Of a DNA stretch of 32,000 bases, positions 8,672 through 16,920 are shown piece by piece. Under the pieces are notes generated by a model that saw only the letters and a list, made by a program, of their open reading frames with translations, had not been told where the DNA came from and did no database searches. The stretch lies in NCBI RefSeq assembly GCF_000172995.2, contig NC_014729.1, positions 810,001 to 842,000 of the forward strand, read 5' to 3'. Position 1 is the stretch's first letter. The number at the start of each line of letters is the position of its first letter. Origin of the DNA: Halogeometricum borinquense DSM 11551 (GTDB lineage Archaea > Halobacteriota > Halobacteria > Halobacteriales > Haloferacaceae). Position numbers and translations under genes: made by a program.

Positions 8672-10918
8672 ATGGGATTGGACGACGACGCCCGGGAATA
8701 TCACCGGGAAGAACCACCGGGAAAGATCGAGATTTCGACCACGAAATCGACAAACACGCAACGTGACCTGAGTCTCGCCTACTCGCCGGGCGTCGCCGCG
8801 CCCTGCCGCGACATCGCAGACGACGCTGACCGTGCCTACGAGTACACGGCCAAAGGGAACCTCGTCGGCGTCGTCTCGAACGGATCGGCGGTACTCGGTC
8901 TCGGCGACATCGGCGCTCAGGCGTCGAAGCCAGTGATGGAAGGGAAGGGCGTCCTGTTCAAGCGATTCGCCGATATCGACGTGTTCGACGTCGAACTCGA
9001 CTTAGAGGACCCCGAGAGCATTATCGAGACGGTCAGCGCGATGGAACCGACGTTCGGCGGGATCAATCTGGAGGACATCAAGGCTCCCGAGTGCTTCGAG
9101 ATCGAGTCGCGCCTGCGAGAGGAGATGTCGGTTCCTGTCTTCCACGACGACCAACACGGGACGGCGATCATCTCCGGGGCCGCCCTCCTCAACGCCGCGG
9201 ACATCGTCGACAAAGACCTCGAAGATCTGAATATCGTCTTCTCCGGTGCGGGTGCCTCCGCTATCGCCACCGCGCGTTTCTACGTCTCGCTCGGCGCGCG
9301 AAAGGAGAACATCGTCATGTGCGACTCAGACGGCGTCATCACGCCGGACCGCGAGGACATCAACGAATTCAAAGCCGAGTTCGCCAACGACGTGCCCGCC
9401 GATACGCTCGCCGAAGCGATGGAGGGCGCGGACGTGTTCGTTGGCCTCTCCATCGGCGGACTGGTTGACCAAGAGATGGTCGCGTCGATGGCCGACGACC
9501 CGATCATCTTCGCCATGGCGAATCCGGACCCCGAAATCGGCTACGAGGAGGCCAAAGCCGCCCGTGACGACACGGTCATCATGGCGACGGGTCGGTCGGA
9601 CTACCCGAATCAAGTGAACAACGTCCTCGGCTTCCCGTTCATCTTCCGCGGCGCACTGGACGTACGTGCAACGGAAATCAACGAGGAGATGAAACGCGCC
9701 GCCGCCAAGGCACTCGCCGACCTCGCTCGGAAGGACGTGCCGGACGCCGTCGTGAAAGCCTACGGCGATCAACCGCTACAGTACGGTCCCGAGTACGTGA
9801 TTCCGAAACCGCTCGATCCGCGGGTGTTGTTCGAAGTCGCCCCCGCTGTCGCGCAGGCGGCGATGGACAGCGGCTCCGCGCGGAGTGAACTCGACACCGA
9901 CGAGTACGAGGAGCGCCTCGAAGCGCGCCTCGGAAAATCGCGCGAGATGATGCGCGTCGTCCTCAACAAGGCGAAATCCGACCCCAAACGCGTCGCACTC
10001 GCGGAAGGGACGGACGAGAAGATGATTCGTGCGGCGTACCAACTGCAAGAGCAAGGTATCGCCTATCCCGTCCTCGTCGGCAACAGAGAGAAGATCAACC
10101 AGACTGCAGAGCGACTCGGTCTCGACTTCGAACCCGAAGTGGCCGACCCGCGAAACGGCGACTGGGACCACTACGCCGACCGTCTGTACGAACTGCGGCG
10201 TCGGAAGGGGATGACGAAGAACGAAGCGCACGAACTCATCCGTCGGGACACTAACTACTTCGCCAGCGTGATGGTCGAAGAGAACGACGCAGACGCGATG
10301 CTCACCGGCCTGACGCACCACTACCCGTCGGCGCTTCGCCCGCCGCTTCAGGTCATCGGCACCGCACCCGACGCGGACTACGCCGCCGGTGTCTACATGC
10401 TGACGTTCAAAAATCGCGTCATCTTCTGCGCGGACGCGACGGTCAACCTCGCGCCCGACTCGGACGTGCTGGCCGAGATTACGAAGCACACCGCTGAACT
10501 CGCACGCCGGTTCAATATCGAACCGCGCGCGGCGATGCTATCGTACTCGAACTTCGGGAGCGTCAAGAACGAGGGAACGCGGAAACCCCGCGATGCCGTG
10601 AAACTGCTCCACGACGACCCTGAAGTGGACTTCGACGTGGACGGCGAGATGCAGGCGGACACCGCCGTTGTCGAGGACATCCTCGAAGGAACGTACGAGT
10701 TCTCTGACCTCGATGACCCGGCGAACGTCCTCGTCTTCCCGAACCTCGAAGCGGGCAACATCGGCTACAAACTGCTCCAGCGTCTCGGCGGCGCGGAGGC
10801 CATCGGGCCGATGCTCGTCGGTATGGACAAACCGGTCCACGTCCTCCAACGCGGCGACGAAGTGAAGGACATCGTTAATCTGGCGGGCGTGGCCGTCGTG
10901 GACGCCCAGAACGAATAA
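8672..10918 (+). CDS. maeB: NADP-dependent malic enzyme, MaeB-type (malic enzyme domain fused to a phosphotransacetylase-like domain)
   Basis: The ATG at 8672 gives [11 protein letters not shown]. Malic-enzyme motifs are present: [44 protein letters not shown] and GAGASAIA. The C-terminal PTA-like half contains [14 protein letters not shown]. Confidence 0.9.
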   Translation: MGLDDDAREYHREEPPGKIEISTTKSTNTQRDLSLAYSPGVAAPCRDIADDADRAYEYTAKGNLVGVVSNGSAVLGLGDIGAQASKPVMEGKGVLFKRFADIDVFDVELDLEDPESIIETVSAMEPTFGGINLEDIKAPECFEIESRLREEMSVPVFHDDQHGTAIISGAALLNAADIVDKDLEDLNIVFSGAGASAIATARFYVSLGARKENIVMCDSDGVITPDREDINEFKAEFANDVPADTLAEAMEGADVFVGLSIGGLVDQEMVASMADDPIIFAMANPDPEIGYEEAKAARDDTVIMATGRSDYPNQVNNVLGFPFIFRGALDVRATEINEEMKRAAAKALADLARKDVPDAVVKAYGDQPLQYGPEYVIPKPLDPRVLFEVAPAVAQAAMDSGSARSELDTDEYEERLEARLGKSREMMRVVLNKAKSDPKRVALAEGTDEKMIRAAYQLQEQGIAYPVLVGNREKINQTAERLGLDFEPEVADPRNGDWDHYADRLYELRRRKGMTKNEAHELIRRDTNYFASVMVEENDADAMLTGLTHHYPSALRPPLQVIGTAPDADYAAGVYMLTFKNRVIFCADATVNLAPDSDVLAEITKHTAELARRFNIEPRAAMLSYSNFGSVKNEGTRKPRDAVKLLHDDPEVDFDVDGEMQADTAVVEDILEGTYEFSDLDDPANVLVFPNLEAGNIGYKLLQRLGGAEAIGPMLVGMDKPVHVLQRGDEVKDIVNLAGVAVVDAQNE

Positions 10919-10945
10919 CGACCGTCTCGAACCTGTTTTTCGTCG

Positions 10946-11644
10946 TTAGCGGAACTCCAACCACGCGATTCCGGCGGCCAATCCCACAAACAGCGGTGCT
11001 GCAAGGAGGACGAACGTCGCGCTGTCGGCGGGCGAGTAACACGCCGCGAACACGACGAACGCGAGAGCCGCGTACCCGCGCTGTCTGGTCGAAGTGAACC
11101 GCCCGACGACGCCCGCTCGGACGGCCGCGATGAGGAGAAACGGGGTCGCCGCCGCGCCCCCGAGTGCGACCGGGAAGAACAGCCAGACCTCCGTGTACCA
11201 GTACACGTCGAGGCCGGCGGCTGACGTGGCGGTCACCCGACTCACAGCCTCGGCGACAGCGGGGAGCAGTATCACCCCGACGGCAACACCGACTGTGAAC
11301 GCAAACGCCGCGACGACTGCGTGGCGGCGACTGCGAGATGGCGAGACGCGAGCGTCGCGTCCGAGGAGTCCGACGAGAGTCAAGCCCGCGGCGAACACCC
11401 CCGATAGCGTTCCAACTTCGAGTGCGAGACGGAAGTCCGTGAGTGGGGTCGGCGATAGACGGGGCGGAACGCCCGACCACGAGACCACGTCGGTGAGGTT
11501 GATCCCGGAGGCTGCGGCGGTGACGACGGCAGAGACGAGGAGAAAAACGGCGAGGAGGGGGCGGAGATTTCGACGGACTGTGGCCCCCACCGGGCCGTCG
11601 CCGGTGCCGTCGAAGCCGTCAGCGGGGTACAGTTCGGAGGGCAT
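10946..11644 (-). CDS. Divergent TatC-like polytopic membrane protein
   Basis: The protein has about 6 TM segments. The C-terminal part RFTSTRQRGYAALAFVVFAACYSPADSATFVLLAAPLFVGLAAGIAWLE aligns by eye to the TatC segment (E. coli ...[38 protein letters not shown]). I chose the ATG start at 11644, but the track offers a GTG at 11659. Confidence 0.4.
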   Translation of the reverse strand: MPSELYPADGFDGTGDGPVGATVRRNLRPLLAVFLLVSAVVTAAASGINLTDVVSWSGVPPRLSPTPLTDFRLALEVGTLSGVFAAGLTLVGLLGRDARVSPSRSRRHAVVAAFAFTVGVAVGVILLPAVAEAVSRVTATSAAGLDVYWYTEVWLFFPVALGGAAATPFLLIAAVRAGVVGRFTSTRQRGYAALAFVVFAACYSPADSATFVLLAAPLFVGLAAGIAWLEFR

Positions 11645-11783
11645 TGGTTCGCAGTCCACTGAGTGCCATTATCAACTTTCTGTCGCCGTGTCGGGCGAAC
11701 CGGTGGCAGGAAAAACACTCGCTCGTTCACTGCGGGCGCACACCGAGGATAGATTCACGTCCTCGGTCTCCGACCATCACTCG

Positions 11784-12020
11784 ATGGCAGTCCCATTGGG
11801 TGGGGAATCGATTTCTCTGTCACTTGCGTTAGCCGTCGCCGCTATCGTCGCGTTCGGTGGCTTCGTCACCGGACTGAACGGGTTCGGATTCGCCGTCATC
11901 GGGACGGCGTTGCTGGCGTTCGTGATGGACCCGCAGACGGCGGTGGCGTTGATGATTCTCCCGATACTCGCCGCCAACACGTCGCTTATACACAAGCAAG
12001 GAGAATATCTGACCCTTTAG
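11784..12020 (+). pseudogene. TauE/SafE (DUF81) family membrane transporter, 5' fragment truncated by the IS insertion
   Basis: MAVPLGGESISLSLALAVAAIVAFGGFVTGLNGFGFAVIGTALLAFVMDPQTAVALMILPILAANTSL matches the first two TM helices of haloarchaeal TauE-type proteins. After about codon 69 the frame reads IHKQGEYLTL-stop, running into the IS left end. No continuation of the gene is visible downstream of the element. Confidence 0.6.
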
Positions 12021-12027
12021 GGTCAGG

Positions 12028-13410
12028 ATGAATCCGACAACTCCTACACAACCCACCGTCGATGGCAAGGCTGGATATTCCACGCCAACCGACACGATTA
12101 ACATAACGTCGTTCATAACCGGTTATGAAGCCAGAAATGAGTCGAACCATCCGAACCTTCGAGGCCCCATCACGAACCAACAACAGGTTCGTGACGACCT
12201 CGACCAACTCGGATGGGCCGCCTCAAAACTCTGGAACGTCGGTCGCTACTACGCACAAAAACAGTGGGACGAAACGGGCAAGATTCCCGATGACGGGGAA
12301 CTCAAAGCCGAACTCAAAGGCCACGAACGCTACACGGACTTGCATTCTCAATCCAGTCAGCGCGTTCTCGAAGAACTCGCTGAAGCGTTCAACGGCTGGT
12401 TCGGCAAGCGTCGGAACGGCGACGACCGTGCCCGACCGCCCGGCTACCGCAAACACGGAGACTCTCACCCGCGTTCAACTGTGTCGTTCAAAGCGGCTGG
12501 CTTCAAGCACGACGCACAGTTTACCCGCGTCCGCCTCTCCAAAGGCCGCAACCTCAAAAAACACCGCTCGGACTTCATCCTCTGCGAGTACCAGACCCGT
12601 CCAGATGTTGACCTGACCGCGTGGGACATTCAACAGGTTCGCGCCGTCTACAAGCACGACGAGTGGCGGCTTCAATTCGTCTGTCGCACCACTATTGACC
12701 CGGAACCGCCAGGTGACGAGGTGGCCGGTGTTGACCTCGGGATTTGCAATTTCGCGGCCGTCTCGTTCGGCGGTGAGTCGGTGTTGTATCCCGGTGGCGC
12801 ACTCAAGGAAGACGAATACTACTTCACGAAGAAGAAAGCCAAGTGCGACGATTCCTCGTCCCGTGAAGCCACTCGTCTTGACCGGAAACGGGCTGGTCGG
12901 CGGACACACTTCTTGCACGCGCTCTCGAAATCCATCGTGAATGAGTGTGTCGAACGGGGTGTCGGTACGCTTGTCGTTGGCGATCTTGGCGGCATCCGAG
13001 AGGACGACGAGAACGGTGAACCTCGGAATTGGGGCGACCACGGCAATCTCGACTTGCACGGGTGGGCATTCGACCGCTTCACGACGCTACTCGACTACAA
13101 AGCGGAAGCGGAAGGCATTGACGTTGAGTTGGTGTCCGAACGCGATACGTCGAAGTCGTGTTCAGCGTGCGGCCACACCGACGACAATCAGCGAGTTGAA
13201 CGTGGGCTGTACGTGTGTGAGAAGTGCAATACGGTTGCGAATGCGGACGTGAACGGCGCGGAGAACATTCGACAAAAGGTACTCCCGAGTCTCGCCACGG
13301 ATGGCGGTGATAGGGATAACGGCTGGTTGGCACAGCCAGCGGTTCGCCTGTTCGACCGTAGTGAGGGCCGTTTCGCCCCACGAGAACAGGTTGTGAACCA
13401 CGAACCGTAA
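12028..13410 (+). CDS. tnpB: TnpB RNA-guided endonuclease (OrfB_IS605 plus Zn-ribbon). The N-terminus is probably frameshifted.
   Basis: RuvC-like motifs are present: GVDLGICNFA, VVGDLGGIRED and NADVNGAENI. There is a zinc ribbon, CSACGH...CEKCN. The ASKLWNVGRYY...HSQSSQRVLEELAEAF block is typical of a haloarchaeal TnpB clade. The main frame contains no internal Met. See the frameshift finding for the 5' end. Confidence 0.85.
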   Translation: MNPTTPTQPTVDGKAGYSTPTDTINITSFITGYEARNESNHPNLRGPITNQQQVRDDLDQLGWAASKLWNVGRYYAQKQWDETGKIPDDGELKAELKGHERYTDLHSQSSQRVLEELAEAFNGWFGKRRNGDDRARPPGYRKHGDSHPRSTVSFKAAGFKHDAQFTRVRLSKGRNLKKHRSDFILCEYQTRPDVDLTAWDIQQVRAVYKHDEWRLQFVCRTTIDPEPPGDEVAGVDLGICNFAAVSFGGESVLYPGGALKEDEYYFTKKKAKCDDSSSREATRLDRKRAGRRTHFLHALSKSIVNECVERGVGTLVVGDLGGIREDDENGEPRNWGDHGNLDLHGWAFDRFTTLLDYKAEAEGIDVELVSERDTSKSCSACGHTDDNQRVERGLYVCEKCNTVANADVNGAENIRQKVLPSLATDGGDRDNGWLAQPAVRLFDRSEGRFAPREQVVNHEP

Positions 13411-13555
13411 TATCCCAACTCAGCGGTGCGGTGCCGTGGGATTCCCGCGTTGACGAGACCAATGGTCTCGTCCGCCCACCAGAACGCTTCGCGTTCTGGG
13501 GACGTCTTCAGGCGCGGGAGGATGTCAACGGCGTTCGATTGACGCTCCCGGGAGC
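13411..13555 (+). ncRNA. Candidate omega-RNA (reRNA) scaffold / IS right end
   Basis: There are two perfect 9-bp hairpins: GACGAGACC-aat-GGTCTCGTC (13452-13472) and CCAGAACGC-ttc-GCGTTCTGG (13479-13499). A 7-bp helix encloses them, TCCCGCG (13443-13449) pairing with CGCGGGA (13513-13519). GTCAA...TTGAC follows at 13524-13543, then the palindrome CTCCCGGGAG at 13545-13554. The true 5' end probably lies inside the tnpB 3' coding region. Confidence 0.4.
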
Positions 13556-13579
13556 GGGGGTGTGAGCCGTAACTGTCCG

Positions 13580-14230
13580 TCAGTCGCTCGCGCGACCTTC
13601 GAAGCGGGACGGCGGCGGGAACTGCGGGTCGTCGCTGCTAGACTCGCTCTGTTCGACCGCCGAGAGCTGACTCGGCATCACACAGCGGTCTTTCTGGTGG
13701 TTAACGTGGGCGTATTCGTCGGGCGCGTTCGCCAGCGGATGCGCCGGGTTCTCCCGTCCGTCGATACGGGCCGCACGGAGTTCAGCGAAGCCAGCGATGC
13801 GGGCGCGGATTCCACGCCAGTGGTTCTCGCTTCCGGTGGGAAGCGACGTGGGTCGCCGCTGGCGCCAGTCGGGATCTGCGGCCGCGAGAACTTCGGTATT
13901 GACGTTGGCCGCGAGCGAGTCGTGGTCGATGAGGACACCGACGCGGGCGTTCGGCGGCGCGCGGGCGGCGAGCACGTCGAGGCCGAGATGGAGCGCACGA
14001 TACTCGGAGACGTTGTTGTTCGGTGCCGTATCGGGCACGGCGACGCGAGCAACACGCGTTCCATCGCGCGTCTCGATGACGACACCCAGTCCACCGTCGC
14101 CTGTCGGTCGGTAGGACCCGTCGGTGGCGACGTAGAAATGGCGGTGATGTGTCCGAGGCGGATGCGCGATGTGCGGCGTTGGAGACTCGTCGAACAGGTC
14201 TCGAAGGGATTGACGGCCGTGAACGGCCAT
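13580..14230 (-). CDS. rnhA: Ribonuclease HI (type 1 RNase H)
   Basis: The motifs FYVATDGSY (Asp), NNNVSEYRALHLGLD (Glu) and VLIDHDSLA (Asp) are present. In my by-eye alignment the fourth acidic position (ENPAHPLANA) reads His, which is unverified. An acidic C-terminal tail follows. Confidence 0.7.
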   Translation of the reverse strand: MAVHGRQSLRDLFDESPTPHIAHPPRTHHRHFYVATDGSYRPTGDGGLGVVIETRDGTRVARVAVPDTAPNNNVSEYRALHLGLDVLAARAPPNARVGVLIDHDSLAANVNTEVLAAADPDWRQRRPTSLPTGSENHWRGIRARIAGFAELRAARIDGRENPAHPLANAPDEYAHVNHQKDRCVMPSQLSAVEQSESSSDDPQFPPPSRFEGRASD

Positions 14231-14328
14231 GAAAAACCGTAATCGGTCACGAAATATAAATATAACCCGGATATTCGCCGTGCGCGCCAGGGAATAGACA
14301 GATGAGTAACGTACCCGTATAGGGACCT

Positions 14329-14832
14329 ATGCAACTGTCTGCCCGAGACCTGATGACCGAAGACGTAGAGACTGTCTCTCCGGATGACGACGTGAGCGAT
14401 GTTCTTGGCCGCCTCGCGCGCGCTGATTTCAACGGCTTTCCCGTCGTTGACGAGGACGACCACGTCGTCGGCATCGTTACGCAACACGACCTCGTCGGAC
14501 TGTTCGAGACGAAAGACCGGACGCTGTGGATCCCGATCGGGCTTCCCCCGTTCATGGAGACGGTCACCTACGCCGTAGACATCTCGTGGGACGATTTCGA
14601 CCTCGGGGTGGATCTCGTGAAGAATATGGACAAACCGATCAAGAAGGTGATGACGCCTGACGTGGTGACGGTAGAACCCGACGCCGACCTCGACGCCATC
14701 TTGGACCTCCTCGCAGACGACGAACGGGATATCAACCGTCTCCCGGTGATCGAAGACGGTCGTCTCGTCGGCGTCGTCGCCCGGCAGGACGTGATTCGGG
14801 CGATTCGAGACCGCCGCCTCGCGGGCAACTAA
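14329..14832 (+). CDS. CBS domain pair protein
   Basis: There are two CBS repeats: LMTEDVETVSPDDDV...FPVVDEDDHVVGIVTQHDLV and VMTPDVVTVEPDADL...LPVIEDGRLVGVVARQDVI. Confidence 0.85.
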   Translation: MQLSARDLMTEDVETVSPDDDVSDVLGRLARADFNGFPVVDEDDHVVGIVTQHDLVGLFETKDRTLWIPIGLPPFMETVTYAVDISWDDFDLGVDLVKNMDKPIKKVMTPDVVTVEPDADLDAILDLLADDERDINRLPVIEDGRLVGVVARQDVIRAIRDRRLAGN

Positions 14833-14921
14833 CAGAACGCCCAGTTACCGCAGGATCATGTTCTGCGGCAGATGACGTACCCGAGCGAAACGTTGACGGA
14901 GTCTGCCGACAGACCCGTGAT

Positions 14922-15887
14922 GTGACCCGGTATCGTAACGTCGGTCTGTTCCTCTTTCTCGCCGCGGTCTGGGGTGCGGCGTTCATGGCCATCAAGGCGG
15001 GCCTCGGAACGCCATCCGACCCCGGCGGGTTCTTCGAGACGCCCGTTCTGTTCGCGGCGATTCGCTACGATGTCGCCGGTGTATTGATGCTCGGCTACGC
15101 CGTCTACGCCACCGACCACCCGGTTCCGCGCGGCCGCGATGAGTGGGCGACAGTCGTCGTCGGATCGGTGCTCATCATGGCTGGCTATCACGCCCTCCTG
15201 TTCATCGGTGAGACAGACCCTGCCGTCACCTCTGCTGCTGCGGCGGTTATCGTCAGTCTAAGCCCGGTCCTCACGGCCGGGTTCGCCCGTGCGTTTCTGC
15301 CCGTCGAACGCCTGACGACCTTCGGTCTCGCCGGCCTTCTTTTGGGACTCGTCGGAGTCGCCATCCTGTCGGATCCAGACCCGAACAATCTCCTCACGGG
15401 TGGCACCGTCGCCAAACTGCTCATCTTCGCCGCGGCGATCTGTTTTGCCCTCGGATCGGTTCTTACGCGCCGCATCGACGCCGATTTCCCCATCGAGACG
15501 ATGGAGGCGTGGACGATGCTCGGCGGTGCCGTGTTGATGCACATCGTGAGCGTCGGCATCGGCGAGTCCGTCTCGGACGTGACGTGGACGGGGGAGACGC
15601 TTCTCGCCGTCGGTTATCTTTCGGTCGTGGCGAGCGCAATCGGCTTTCTCGTCTACTTCGTCCTGTTGGAGCGCCTCGGAGCGCTCGAAATCAACCTCGT
15701 CTCCTACGTCGCGCCGGTGTTTGCGGCACTCACCGGGTGGCTGTTCCGCGGAGAAATTCCCACCGTGTACACCGTCGTCGGGTTCATCGTCATCTTCGTC
15801 GGGTTCCTCCTCTTGAAACGAGAGAGTCTCCGACGGGAACTGCCGCGTCTCCGACGAGAACTGAAAACGTTCGGGACGCGCGAGTGA
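14922..15887 (+). CDS. EamA/DMT-family transporter
   Basis: The protein has ten predicted TM segments in two EamA-like halves (LFLAAVWGAAFMAIKAG...; ...YLSVVASAIGFLVYFVLLERLGA). The start is GTG. Confidence 0.8.
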   Translation: MTRYRNVGLFLFLAAVWGAAFMAIKAGLGTPSDPGGFFETPVLFAAIRYDVAGVLMLGYAVYATDHPVPRGRDEWATVVVGSVLIMAGYHALLFIGETDPAVTSAAAAVIVSLSPVLTAGFARAFLPVERLTTFGLAGLLLGLVGVAILSDPDPNNLLTGGTVAKLLIFAAAICFALGSVLTRRIDADFPIETMEAWTMLGGAVLMHIVSVGIGESVSDVTWTGETLLAVGYLSVVASAIGFLVYFVLLERLGALEINLVSYVAPVFAALTGWLFRGEIPTVYTVVGFIVIFVGFLLLKRESLRRELPRLRRELKTFGTRE

Positions 15888-15925
15888 CAGCTTAGATGCG
15901 TGCGTAATTCCCCGAAACCGCTTGC

Positions 15926-16210
15926 TTAGCCCTCATCGCGTACTGCTTCGGTGACTTCTCCGACCATCGTCCACCCGTCCTCGTCGGCACCGCTCCGACC
16001 GATGAGGACTGATTCGTTGTCTTCGGAGGTGATGAGTCGGTACTCGGCGTCCGCTTCGTCTACCCGTTCGCCTTCGGCCTGAAACTCCTGCTGGAAGAAC
16101 TCTGTGCTGTGCATTCGGTAGACGGCTGTAGAGCCGTCGTCGAGTGTGAGTTGCACTGGGTCCGGCGAGACGTTGTGAATACGCTTTGCGACCGCGTTGA
16201 GAGCAGCCAT
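15926..16210 (-). CDS. Small acidic conserved hypothetical protein (94 aa)
   Basis: This is a clean ORF with haloarchaeal acidic composition and no competing frame. I recognise no motif in it. Confidence 0.45.
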   Translation of the reverse strand: MAALNAVAKRIHNVSPDPVQLTLDDGSTAVYRMHSTEFFQQEFQAEGERVDEADAEYRLITSEDNESVLIGRSGADEDGWTMVGEVTEAVRDEG

Positions 16211-16245
16211 ACGCGGACGGAAGCGTCGGCGGCTGAAAAATCCGA

Positions 16246-16860
16246 CTACAGTTCGATGTCCGGGGTGTAGAACGCCCCCTCGTCAACCTCGGGGTCGTAG
16301 TCTTCTATCGCTCTGAGAACGATGTCGAGGAGTGCCTCGGGACTCCACCGAGCAGTGTTCATCTGCAGGTCGTAGAACGACTGGTCCGAAACGTCGATGC
16401 CGTAATACGACTCGTAGCGACCTGCCTCGCTGACCTCGCGGACGCGCATCTCGGCTTCTAACTCCTCGCGGTCACGCGTGCGCTCGACACGAACCTCTTC
16501 GGGCGCGTCGAGCCAGATCCGAAGGTCGGCGCGATTACCTGCCAACCACCCGGCGAGGCGTGATTCGAGGACGAACGGCTTGTTTGATGCCCCCCACTGT
16601 TCGGCAACAGTACGGAGGCGACGGTCGAGTGCGCGGTCTATCTCGTCGGACTCGTCCGCCTTGGCGATGAGTTGCGAAAGCGACATCCCGCGTTCCTCCG
16701 CGAGTTCGCGGAAGATGTCGCCGCCAGAGACGTAACCGCACTCCAACGAGCGGGACAGTCCCTTACACAGCGTCGTCGCCCCGCAACCCGGCGGACCGGA
16801 GACGGTGATGAACAGGTTGCTATCGACCGACCGTCCCGTCGCGGCGTCTTCCTCCATCAT
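16246..16860 (-). CDS. cmk: Archaeal-type cytidylate (CMP) kinase
   Basis: The P-loop reads ITVSGPPGCGATT, followed by YVSGGDIFRELAEERGMSL...DRALDRRL...LESRLAGWLA...YDLQMNTARW. This matches the archaeal Cmk pattern. Confidence 0.75.
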   Translation of the reverse strand: MMEEDAATGRSVDSNLFITVSGPPGCGATTLCKGLSRSLECGYVSGGDIFRELAEERGMSLSQLIAKADESDEIDRALDRRLRTVAEQWGASNKPFVLESRLAGWLAGNRADLRIWLDAPEEVRVERTRDREELEAEMRVREVSEAGRYESYYGIDVSDQSFYDLQMNTARWSPEALLDIVLRAIEDYDPEVDEGAFYTPDIEL

Positions 16861-16920
16861 GAACGTTCGCCACTCTCTCTACGACCACAAAAATCCGGGG
16901 GCGGAGGTACGGTTCACACG

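Larger units (their letters stand above)
11990..13555 (+). mobile_element. TnpB-only IS200/IS605-family (IS1341-like) element. The ends are approximate to within tens of bp.
   Basis: The left side has a hairpin CTGACCC-ttta-GGGTCAG (12009-12026) and a perfect 18-bp palindrome TTCATAACCGGTTATGAA (12112-12129). tnpB fills the body of the element. The right side is packed with perfect stems (13443-13554). No Y1 transposase (tnpA) is present. The element interrupts the TauE gene. Confidence 0.7.

Noticed and set aside
11094-11783. Upstream part of the 308-aa plus-strand ORF ending at 12020
   Set aside because: It is antisense to the TatC-like gene and has Ala/Arg/Thr-rich composition. Only the last 78 codons (from 11784) look like a real TauE-type N-terminus.
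14850-14921. Stems CCGCAG-N9-CTGCGG and CGGCAGA-N30-TCTGCCG upstream of the EamA gene, considered as a possible riboswitch or leader
   Set aside because: The stems are short, have no recognisable riboswitch consensus, and could arise by chance in GC-rich DNA. The support is too weak to report as a feature.
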